DNA of 64,000 nt from an uncultured Gemmatimonadales bacterium (GTDB taxonomy: Bacteria; Gemmatimonadota; Gemmatimonadetes; Gemmatimonadales; Gemmatimonadaceae), in assembly GCA_963701965.1 (NCBI GenBank), contig OY969695.1:1056001-1120000 (forward strand). The letters run 5' to 3'. Below are positions 48,662 to 57,285 of this stretch, in pieces. The notes beneath the pieces are model-generated. The model made no database searches and had not been told where the DNA came from. It saw only the letters and a program-made list of their open reading frames with translations. Position 1 is the first letter of the stretch, and each line of letters opens with the position of its first letter. The position numbers were made by a program, and so were the translations under genes.

Positions 48662-49243
48662 GTGAACGATCCCGACGCCATCGCCGCCGCCATCGCCCGC
48701 AACGTCCACGGGCTCCGCGTCCAGCGCGCGTGGACGCTCGACGTGCTGGCCACCCGGGCGGGCGTCAGCAAAGCGATGCTCGTGCAAATCGAGCAGGCGC
48801 GCACCAACCCCAGCATCGCGACGCTGTGCCGCATCGCCGACGCGTTCGGGGTCACTGTGCCGGCGCTCGTCGATCTCGACGAAGCGCCGCCCGTCCGCGT
48901 CGTCCGGGCGGCTGACGCTCCAGCACTCTGGCACGGCGCGCCGGGCAGCGTCGGCACACTGCTGATCGGCTCGGGCGGCCCGGACCGCACCGAGCTCTGG
49001 GATTGGCGCATGGCGCCAGGTGACGGATATGACGGCGGTCCGCACCCGGCCGGCACCCGCGAGCTGCTCTACGTGGTCGCGGGCACCCTGACGCTCGTCC
49101 TCGACGGCGAATCGACGACCGCCGCACGCGGCGACACCGTGCTGTTTCGCGGGGACCGCCCGCACCGATACGAGAATGCGGGTCGCGCGCCGCTGCGGTT
49201 CGTCATGGTGACGATCGAGCCAGCGCCTCGGCCGGCGCCGTGA
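48662..49243 (+). CDS. XRE-cupin transcriptional regulator
   Basis: WTLDVLATRAGVSKAMLVQIEQARTNPS; cupin HPAGTRE...DRPHRYEN. Confidence 0.92.
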   Translation: MNDPDAIAAAIARNVHGLRVQRAWTLDVLATRAGVSKAMLVQIEQARTNPSIATLCRIADAFGVTVPALVDLDEAPPVRVVRAADAPALWHGAPGSVGTLLIGSGGPDRTELWDWRMAPGDGYDGGPHPAGTRELLYVVAGTLTLVLDGESTTAARGDTVLFRGDRPHRYENAGRAPLRFVMVTIEPAPRPAP

Positions 49244-50845
49244 GCGCCTCCCGGATGGCTGGCGCACCAATGCGAGCCGCCCACGGGCGAAATCGCTCGT
49301 CCTCTTCGCGCGTCGCCAGATAAGCGCGGAAAAGACCCTCCAGCGCCTCGCCCGCCGCCGACGCCCGCACCCGCACCCCCGCGCGCTTCGCGAAATTGGC
49401 ATCGGGCCCGAGCCCGCCTCCGACGAACACGTCGAACCCATCGGCGGCCGGTGTCAGACCGTCGGGGGATTCGATGCGGACCCCCTGCAGTCCGACGTCG
49501 GCAATCCAATGCTGCCCACAGGCGTTCGGGCAGCCGGTCACGAACACCTTCATGTGGGACGAGAACTCGGGAAGCCGACGCTCCAAGTCGGCGATGAGGC
49601 CGAGTCCAAACCACTTGGTCTCCACGAGCGCCAGCTTGCAATACTCGCTGCCCGTGCAGGCGAGCACGCCCCGCCGGAACGCCGAGCCCTCCAGCGGCGG
49701 CGCCCCGCTCCGCGCCGCGGCCCGTCGCAACGCCTCGACGGTCGACGCCCGAATGCCCAGCACCGCAATGTTCTGCATGACGGTCGTGCGCAAGGCGCCG
49801 CTGCCATACGCGTCGGCGAGATCGGCAATGGCGCGGAGCGAGGCCGGCGTCAGCCGGCCCGCGGCGACCGAGAACCCGGCGTAGACGGTATCGGCCGCCT
49901 TCTCCGGATTGATGCCGACGTGATCACGGAACGATCCATCCGGTGGAAGCTCGGATACCCCGGGATCCAGGCGATAACCCAATCGCTGTTCGATCTCGGC
50001 CAGAAACCGTTCGGCTGTCCACCCATGCGTCAGAAAGAGAAACTTCATGCGGGCTTTCGCCCGCTGCACGCGCAGCTCATCGCTGTCCCGAAAAATCCCG
50101 GCCACCGCATCCACCACGTCCGGCACCTGATCCCAGCCCACGAACGCGTCGAGGCGTTCGGCCAGATGCGGACGGGTGGAGAGTCCGCCGCCGACCCGCA
50201 GGCTGAAACCGACGTCCCGGCCCCTTCGCACAGCGGTCAACCCGATGTCGTTGATCTCGGGATAGCTGCACCAGTGCGCGCAGCCCGTGATCGAGATCTT
50301 GAACTTGCGCGGCAGATTCGCGTACAGCGGGTTGCCGTTCATGCGGCGATCGACCGCCAGCGCCACCGGAGAGGCATCGACGAGCTCGTGCGCATCAATG
50401 CCCGCCAGGGGGCAGCCGGTGACGGTGCGCGTGTTGTCGCCGCACGCACCCATACTGGTCCAGCCCACGGCGGCCAGGGCGTCCCAGATCGCCGGCACGT
50501 CCTCGATGCGCAGCCAGTGGAGTTGAAAGTTCTGCCGGTTGGTGATGTCCAGCGTCCCGCGAGCGTAGCGCTCGGACAGGTCGGCGATCGTCCGCACCAT
50601 AGCCGATGTCAGCACACCGTTCGGCGTGCGGACGCGCATCATGAAGTACCGCGTGGCATCTCCGCGGACTCCGAGGCCGTCGCCCTGGGTGTACAATCCC
50701 CAGGCCCGCAACCGCACATCCAGATCGTCGCTGGGGATCGCGTCGAATCCGCCGCGGGCGTACCGGCGGAATGTCATCGAGGATCGACCACAATGGCTTT
50801 TCCTGCTTGATGCGCTCGAATGCGCTGGGTGGGTGTCTCGGACAT
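49203..50845 (-). CDS. Ferredoxin-type sulfite/nitrite reductase hemoprotein, two 1-nt insertions near the 5' end
   Basis: MMRVR, TNRQN, LPRKFK, CTGSEYC, GCPNACG; corrected start MSETPTQRIERIKQEKPLWSILDDIRRYARGG. Confidence 0.9.
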
Positions 50846-50864
50846 GATGGGGATGGGGAGATGC

Positions 50865-50897
50865 AAAAAGGCCCGCCGGGAGAAGTCCGGGCGGGCC
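50865..50897 (-). terminator. Intrinsic terminator inside the reductase leader (attenuator)
   Basis: Minus strand GGCCCGCCCGGACTTCTCCCGGCGGGCC-TTTTT, ending about 20 nt before the ATG. Confidence 0.8.
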
Positions 50898-50932
50898 AAC
50901 ACGCATCGACAAAAAATCGTCGGAACAGCGCG

Positions 50933-50986
50933 CTACGCTGGACGTCTCCGAGGACAGGGCACGGGACAACAGCGGCGCGGCATCAT
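50933..50986 (-). CDS. Putative Cys-sensing leader peptide MMPRRCCPVPCPRRRPA
   Basis: 17 codons with three TGT; TTGCGC-N17-CACCTT-N6-ATG upstream; terminator downstream. Alternative in-frame ATG at 51010. Confidence 0.65.
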   Translation of the reverse strand: MMPRRCCPVPCPRRRPA

Positions 50987-51023
50987 GCGCGCAAGGTGAT
51001 GGACATTCATCTGTCGCGCAAGG

Positions 51024-51055
51024 CTCAGCGCAAGTCTCAGCGCAAGTCTCAGCGC
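51024..51055. repeat. 12-bp tandem repeat (CTCAGCGCAAGT x2 plus CTCAGCGC)
   Basis: Read directly; overlaps the MFS stop codon. Confidence 0.85.
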
Positions 51056-52671
51056 CGAGGCAACCGGCGGCGCGCCGCCGGTCGCCGCCGCGCCGGGAGG
51101 GTCAGCGCGGCAATGATCGCGGCGGCCAATGCGAGGCCGGCCGTGATCAGAACGCCAAGCCGAAACGCCGAGACATAGGAGACGGCAACCGCGTGATCGA
51201 TCGCGTCGCGCGTCTTCTGATCGACACCGGCGGGAGGGGCGATCGCCGTCAGCTGCAGGGCCTGGCGCTGCACGGCCTGACGGACATCTGGCGTCAGACC
51301 AATGCCGGCCAGGGCATCGGTCAGCCGCAGCGCGAACCCGCGGGCCACGACGAGCCCGAGCACGGCGACGCCGAACAAGTTCGCCGCCCGGGCGATCGCG
51401 TTGTTGACGCCGGACGCGACGCCCTCGAACTCGTCGTCGACGGACGACAGAACGGCGGTGGTCAGCGGGGTCACCAGCAGTCCTATACCCAGGCCCAGGA
51501 TGACGACGCCGGGGAAGAATGTCTCCCAATACCGACCGCCGACGCCGGGGATGGCGAGCGCCGCCAGCCCGGCGGCCATGAGCAGCGAGCCCAGGGCCAG
51601 CGGCAACCGCAGGCCAACGCGGTTGGCGAGACCGGCAGACGCGCGCGAGAACGCGCCAACAAGCGCGACCATGGGCAGCAGGGCGGCGCCGGCCTCCGCC
51701 GCCGAGTAGTGGTGCACCTGGATCAGGTCGTAGGGCAGGAAAAAGAGCGCGGCCGCCATCGCGGCGTACAGCAGGAGGGTGAGGAGATTGGAGATCGCGA
51801 AGGCGCGATTCCGGAACAGAATGAGCGGCATGAGTGGCCGGGCGACGCGATCCTCGACCGCCACGAACGCGACGAGGAGCGCGAACCCGGCGATGAGCGG
51901 CAGGAGCACTACGGCGCTGACCAGTCCCGAGCGGGATGACTGCACGAGGCCAAACGTCAGTCCGCTCATCGCCAACGTGATGACCATCGCGCCAATGAAG
52001 TCAATCGGCGTGTTGCGCATGGGCGTCCCGGAGCGTTGCGGCTGACGAAGCGCTGGCACTTGGTACCACAGAATGGCGAGGACGGCGACGGCAATGGGGA
52101 TATTCAGCAGAAATACCCAGCGCCAGGAGGCGTGTTGGGCCAGCCATCCGCCGAGGACCGGGCCACCCGCCGAGACCACGGTGGTCGCCGCCGACCACGT
52201 GCCAATGGCCCGGCCCCGGTCGCCCGGCGTAAACGCGCTGCCGAGCATGGCCAGGCTCTCGGGAATGAGCATCGCCGCGCCCACGCCCTGCACCGCCCGA
52301 CTGCCGATCAGCCAACCGATGCTCGGCGAGAGGGCGCAGGCGGCCGAGGCGGCCCCGAACACAATGACGCCGGCGGCGTACACCCGTTCGCGGCCGACGT
52401 GGTCGCCGATGGCGCCGCCGACCAGAATCAGCGAACTCAGGAAGACGAGATACGCCTCGACGACCCACTGGGCGCCCACGATCGTGCTGTGGAGCTCCGA
52501 CTGGATGATCGGGAGGGCGACGTTGACGGCGGAGCCGTCAATGAACGCCATACTGGAACCGAGGATCGTCGCCGCCAGGATCCAGGCCGCGCCACCCGGG
52601 CGTGCCGGCGCGCGAGTGCCCGAGAGGCGCGCCACGGCTTCATCACACGGGGCCCTTCCAATCACTGCCAT
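51049..52671 (-). CDS. DHA2 family MFS transporter
   Basis: MAFIDGSAVNVALP, GDHVGRER, GGWLAQHASWRWVFLLNIP. Confidence 0.92.
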   Translation of the reverse strand: MAVIGRAPCDEAVARLSGTRAPARPGGAAWILAATILGSSMAFIDGSAVNVALPIIQSELHSTIVGAQWVVEAYLVFLSSLILVGGAIGDHVGRERVYAAGVIVFGAASAACALSPSIGWLIGSRAVQGVGAAMLIPESLAMLGSAFTPGDRGRAIGTWSAATTVVSAGGPVLGGWLAQHASWRWVFLLNIPIAVAVLAILWYQVPALRQPQRSGTPMRNTPIDFIGAMVITLAMSGLTFGLVQSSRSGLVSAVVLLPLIAGFALLVAFVAVEDRVARPLMPLILFRNRAFAISNLLTLLLYAAMAAALFFLPYDLIQVHHYSAAEAGAALLPMVALVGAFSRASAGLANRVGLRLPLALGSLLMAAGLAALAIPGVGGRYWETFFPGVVILGLGIGLLVTPLTTAVLSSVDDEFEGVASGVNNAIARAANLFGVAVLGLVVARGFALRLTDALAGIGLTPDVRQAVQRQALQLTAIAPPAGVDQKTRDAIDHAVAVSYVSAFRLGVLITAGLALAAAIIAALTLPARRRPAARRRLPRR

Positions 52672-52694
52672 GCGAGAAGATTGGCATGGCTGCG

Positions 52695-54731
52695 CTAGTG
52701 AATGCCACGCGGGATCGCTTCCGCCCACGTCCTCGTGCGGATGACCCGGCCGTTCTCGGCGATCTCCCGCGTGACCCGGACGTGAAAGACCGCGCGGTCG
52801 GAGTGCATATCGATCACCGTGTGCAGCCGGACCGTGCGGCCGCCGCGAAGGCGAATGACGTGGGTCTCGTCGCCCAGGAACCGCGTATCGGCGGGGTCAT
52901 CATCGCGCGTCTCGTAGTGCTCCTTTTCCACATCGTCGATGGTCCGTGGGCCGATGGCGTACGCGAACCGTGTCAGGAAATCGACGGCCGTCGTCTTGGC
53001 CCCCACGTTCCGGGTGATCACGGCGCCCGGGTAGCCGGTATCGTGGATCGTGCGCGCGTCCGGCGCGTGCTCGCGCCCTCCGAGCGGCGCGAAACCCGGT
53101 GCCGGCGCACCGGGCACCGGCGCCACAATGGGGAGAACGACGGCGGATCGCGGGTCACCCGTCACCAGCCGCATGGTCATCGGCCCGGGAGTCGGCCAGG
53201 CCATCGGAAACTGCGAGTTGCTCACGGCGACCCGGGCCCGGTGTCCCGGCTCAAAGGTCCACGTCGTGAAGTGCAACCCGGTGACCAGGTCGAGCATCGT
53301 GTCGCGGGGAAGTGGCGCCGGGTCGAGTCGAGAAGCGCGCTGGGCGCCGCTCGAGAGCGCGCCAGTAATGAGCGCGACCCGGCCGTCGGGCGCTACATCC
53401 TCGAGGCGTATCGCCCAGTCGGCGATCGACGCGTCGACGCTGGCCCGCAGCGAGACGCGGGGGAATCCGATAATCTCGGCCGGGGCGGAGAACGGAGCGG
53501 TATCGTACGTGAGGCTCGCGCCGTCATCGGCGCTCAAGTCTCCGGTCGCATCATTCCACCACACCGGCACCGCGGTCCCGACACCGCCCACGTAGCGGAG
53601 CGCGTCCTGCCCCGCTGTTGGCGGACGATCCACGAGTTGATGGTCGCCGGCGAGATACCACGTCCGCCACTGCGTGCGGGCGATGGGCCAGGCCTCGCCG
53701 CGCCACGCGCCGGGGGTCGTCGTGCGATTCACATCGGGGGCCGACGAATCGCGCACGAACACGGTGAGGCGCGGCCCATCGGTGGCACCGTTGTCGACGC
53801 CTTTGAGCCAGTGATCCCACCATCGCGCCGCTTCCTCGCGCCACTCGACCGGGGGACCAGGCACGGCATCGTCGGGAAAGGTGTGATTCCACGGCCCCAC
53901 CAGGGCCTTGATCGGCGCCCGGACGCTATCCAGCATCCGCGGGACCGCATCGCGATAGCCATCGAGCAGCCCGCCGATGAGGAAGCACGGGATGGTAATG
54001 GCGTCATAGTGGAACCGGAGCGAGTTCCACCGCCACCATGGACCATCCACGTCGTGGTGCAGATACGTCAAGAGCCACGGATACGTGTCGAACCGGTTCG
54101 CGAAATAGGCCGAGTCGACCGGGTAGTCCGGCGGCGCCGGGAGGCCGTTTTCGTGATCGATCTGCAACGCGTACTGGTCGACGTGCAGCACGCCGTCGAT
54201 CTGGTGGACGTCGTCATGAAAGAGATCGTCGGTCGCATCCGCGGCGAGGATCGCTTTGAGCGCTGGCGGGCGCCGCATCGCGATCTGGATGGCGTTGAAG
54301 CCGCCCCACGAGATGCCCCACATCCCGACCGCGCCGTTGGACCCCGGGAGCGCGGCGAGATCCGCGATAATCGCGTCCGCGTCGCGCCCTTCCTGCTCCG
54401 AGTACTCCCGATCGGGTAGGTGCCCGTCGGACGAGCCCGTGCCGCGGATGTCGACCTTGGCCATGATGTATCCGCGTCGCACGAACCAGCTATACAGCGG
54501 ATAGTCGCGCTGGTAGAACGAGTCTTCCTTTCGATACGGCAGATATTCGAGGAGCACCGGGAACCGCTCGCCGCTCGTGCGCGGCGTCGGCCGCCAGTAC
54601 GTGACGGCGAGCCGCACGCCGTCGGGCATTCGCAACCATCCCCTTTCGATCGTGAACTGATAGGCACCGGGCGGCGTGCCGATCGACAGGGCCGCCGCGG
54701 ACGCGATGGCGTACGTCGCCCAGGGCAGCAA
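52695..54731 (-). CDS. CocE/NonD family hydrolase
   Basis: EYLPYRK, DIRGTGSSDG, GISWGG, VGPWNH. Confidence 0.92.
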   Translation of the reverse strand: MLPWATYAIASAAALSIGTPPGAYQFTIERGWLRMPDGVRLAVTYWRPTPRTSGERFPVLLEYLPYRKEDSFYQRDYPLYSWFVRRGYIMAKVDIRGTGSSDGHLPDREYSEQEGRDADAIIADLAALPGSNGAVGMWGISWGGFNAIQIAMRRPPALKAILAADATDDLFHDDVHQIDGVLHVDQYALQIDHENGLPAPPDYPVDSAYFANRFDTYPWLLTYLHHDVDGPWWRWNSLRFHYDAITIPCFLIGGLLDGYRDAVPRMLDSVRAPIKALVGPWNHTFPDDAVPGPPVEWREEAARWWDHWLKGVDNGATDGPRLTVFVRDSSAPDVNRTTTPGAWRGEAWPIARTQWRTWYLAGDHQLVDRPPTAGQDALRYVGGVGTAVPVWWNDATGDLSADDGASLTYDTAPFSAPAEIIGFPRVSLRASVDASIADWAIRLEDVAPDGRVALITGALSSGAQRASRLDPAPLPRDTMLDLVTGLHFTTWTFEPGHRARVAVSNSQFPMAWPTPGPMTMRLVTGDPRSAVVLPIVAPVPGAPAPGFAPLGGREHAPDARTIHDTGYPGAVITRNVGAKTTAVDFLTRFAYAIGPRTIDDVEKEHYETRDDDPADTRFLGDETHVIRLRGGRTVRLHTVIDMHSDRAVFHVRVTREIAENGRVIRTRTWAEAIPRGIH

Positions 54732-54733
54732 GC

Positions 54734-56326
54734 CTAGTGCGCGTCAGCGGCGGGGGCACCGCCCGACTTCGGACGGCGGAGCAACAGGATCGCGGGAGAG
54801 GCGACGACGAAAACGAGGAGAATGAGCAACCACGCGTCGTTGTACGCCATCATCGACGCCTGGCGCGACACGATCTGATCCAGCGCACCCACGGCCGCGT
54901 GTTGCGCCGCGTCGGGCGAGAATCCGTGGGCGACGAGGTTCGCCGCCAGCGCGGTCGTGCGCTGCGCCACCTGGGGATTGGCCGCGGTAACGTAGGACAC
55001 GAGGTTGACGCGGTGATACTGGGTCTGATCCTGCACGTACGTGCTGAGGATGGCGATGCCGAACGAGCCGCCCAGCTGACGCGCCAGGTTGATCAAGCCC
55101 GCCGACTGCTGGGCGTCCTTTGGATCAATGCCACCGAACGCGACGTTGTTGATGGGCGTGAACAGGAAGCCGAGCCCGAGTCCGCGGACGAACAGCGCGG
55201 CCCGGGCCTGCGGCTCGCCGGCGGCCGTTGTGAGATGCCCCAGCTGCCACATGGCGACACCGAAGATCACGACCCCGAGCACGATCAGGTAGCGGCCATC
55301 GACCTTGTTGCCGCTCAGCAACCGTCCGCAGATCACCGCCGATAGGGCCGTGGCCAGCCCACCCGGTAACAGGGCCAATCCCGTGGCGGTCGGGGAGAAC
55401 CCCAAAATCGATTGCGTGAACAGCGGGAAGATGAACACGCCGCCGTACAGGCCGAACCCGAGCGCCACGAACAGGAAGATCGAACCCGAGAGCTGGCGGT
55501 TGCGCAGCACGTGGAAATCAATGATCGGGTGCTTGTTGCGCCGTGAGAGCTCCCACCACACCATGGTCGAGAGACAGATCGCCGCCAGCATGCTCAGGCG
55601 CTGGATCCATGGGTCCTGGAACCAATCGTAGCGGCGCCCCTCCTCCAACACATACTGGAGCGACGCCAAGCCTGCGGTGAGGAGCCCGATACCGAGCCAG
55701 TCGACGCTCTCCACCTTGCGGCGCATGCCGGGCGGATCTTGGAGAAATGTGCCGACGAGGAACATCGACAGCGCCGCGATCGGGATGTTGATGAAGAAGA
55801 TCCAGTTCCAATTGTAGTTGTCGGTGATCCACCCGCCGAGCGTTGGCCCCAGCGTAGGCGCCACGATCAAACCGACGATGAACAGGGCTTGGACCATAGC
55901 CTGTTGCGCCGGCGGAAAGACCTGACGCAGGGTGGCTTGCGCGGTCGACAGCAACGCCGCCCCGCCCGCGCCCTGCACGACGCGCCACAACACCAACTCG
56001 CCGAGCGTGTGCGACGTCCCGCACAAAAAGGACGCCACCGCGAAGAGGAGGATCGAGCCGGTGAGATAGTTACGGCGCCCGAACAACCCCGTGAAAAAGG
56101 CCGTCATCGGCAGGACGACGACGTTGGACAGAATGTAGCCGGTCGCGACCCAGCCGATCTCGTCAGTCGTGGCGCCCAGATTCCCGGCCATCTGCGGCAA
56201 GGCCACGTTGACGATCGTGGTGTCGAGCACCTCCATGATCGCCGCGGTGATGAGGCCGAGGAGGATGAGCCACTTGTAATTGCTGCTGATGTCGCTGTGC
56301 TCGATCGGACGGGCTACTGTCGCCAT
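54734..56326 (-). CDS. EmrB/QacA DHA2 efflux permease
   Basis: MEVLDTTIVNVALP, GPTLGGWITDNYNWNWIFFINIP, NLARQLGGSFG. Confidence 0.94.
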   Translation of the reverse strand: MATVARPIEHSDISSNYKWLILLGLITAAIMEVLDTTIVNVALPQMAGNLGATTDEIGWVATGYILSNVVVLPMTAFFTGLFGRRNYLTGSILLFAVASFLCGTSHTLGELVLWRVVQGAGGAALLSTAQATLRQVFPPAQQAMVQALFIVGLIVAPTLGPTLGGWITDNYNWNWIFFINIPIAALSMFLVGTFLQDPPGMRRKVESVDWLGIGLLTAGLASLQYVLEEGRRYDWFQDPWIQRLSMLAAICLSTMVWWELSRRNKHPIIDFHVLRNRQLSGSIFLFVALGFGLYGGVFIFPLFTQSILGFSPTATGLALLPGGLATALSAVICGRLLSGNKVDGRYLIVLGVVIFGVAMWQLGHLTTAAGEPQARAALFVRGLGLGFLFTPINNVAFGGIDPKDAQQSAGLINLARQLGGSFGIAILSTYVQDQTQYHRVNLVSYVTAANPQVAQRTTALAANLVAHGFSPDAAQHAAVGALDQIVSRQASMMAYNDAWLLILLVFVVASPAILLLRRPKSGGAPAADAH

Positions 56327-56364
56327 GCTCTAGCAAGCCGCGAATCGGGCCATTCGGTTCCCGT

Positions 56365-57237
56365 TCACCCAAACGCGTGTCGCAACTGCTCGTGGAGCAG
56401 CGGATGGACGCGCCACAGGTAGAGCCCCATGCCGATGGAGGCGATGAGATTGCCGATCATCACTTGATACCACGCCAGGTTGCCGAGCGGCGTGGCTTGA
56501 TCGAGGACGGCGACGGCCCCATAAAATCCCACTTCGACGGCGGCGAACAGGATCACGAATCCAATGAGGACCGACGGTTCGCGCCGCGCCCAGCCCACCA
56601 TGACGGCGGCCAGGACGCCCACGGCCATGAACGCGAGGTAGTGCAGGATCGTGTACACGAGGATCACGAGCACGGTGGACGATGCCCAATCCGGGGTCGG
56701 ACGCAGCAGCGTCAGCACACCGTGCCCGAGGAGCGCCGGGGTGTAGAGCGGTTGCCCGCGGACCAGATCGACCACGAAGAACCACGCGGCGACGCACGTG
56801 GCGCCGATCGTTCCCGCGATCACGCCATCCCGCAGGACGGGATGCGGCGCGTTCGCGATCGAGCGGTACATCGCCCGCACACCCGCCGAATTCCGCCGCT
56901 CGGCGAGAAAGAGCAGCAGCACGCCGAGCACGATCGGCACGAAGACGCCAGGCTCGCCACTCAACTGCTGCGCGATCGCCGCCGGCACCATCAGCATCGC
57001 CAATGCCAGCGCGGCGTACGCCGATAACCGCGGGATCAGAAGACCGACGGCGAGCGTGACCTCGCACACGCCGACGACGATCCGGATCCAATCCGGGAAC
57101 CCGCGCATCGCCGCCGCCTGGAGCCAGAAACCCTCCAGCCCGAGGATCTTCTGGAAGCCAATGATCAGGAAGAGACCGGCGACGACGATGTCGAGCACCC
57201 ACACGATGACGGCGTTCAGCGATCGCGTGCTGTCCAT
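56365..57237 (-). CDS. DoxX-like membrane protein fused to a second membrane domain
   Basis: LFLIIGFQK...GFPDW...VGVCEV...LLIPR; second block of four TMs. Confidence 0.75.
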   Translation of the reverse strand: MDSTRSLNAVIVWVLDIVVAGLFLIIGFQKILGLEGFWLQAAAMRGFPDWIRIVVGVCEVTLAVGLLIPRLSAYAALALAMLMVPAAIAQQLSGEPGVFVPIVLGVLLLFLAERRNSAGVRAMYRSIANAPHPVLRDGVIAGTIGATCVAAWFFVVDLVRGQPLYTPALLGHGVLTLLRPTPDWASSTVLVILVYTILHYLAFMAVGVLAAVMVGWARREPSVLIGFVILFAAVEVGFYGAVAVLDQATPLGNLAWYQVMIGNLIASIGMGLYLWRVHPLLHEQLRHAFG

Positions 57238-57285
57238 GCGCGACTCCCGAAAGGTCTTCCTTACCTTAGCAGGAGTCGCGCCGCG

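Noticed and set aside
50846..50969. ORF-track N-terminus of the reductase starting at 50969
   Set aside because: It reads through the terminator; the family-like N-terminus starts at 50845 after correcting two insertions.
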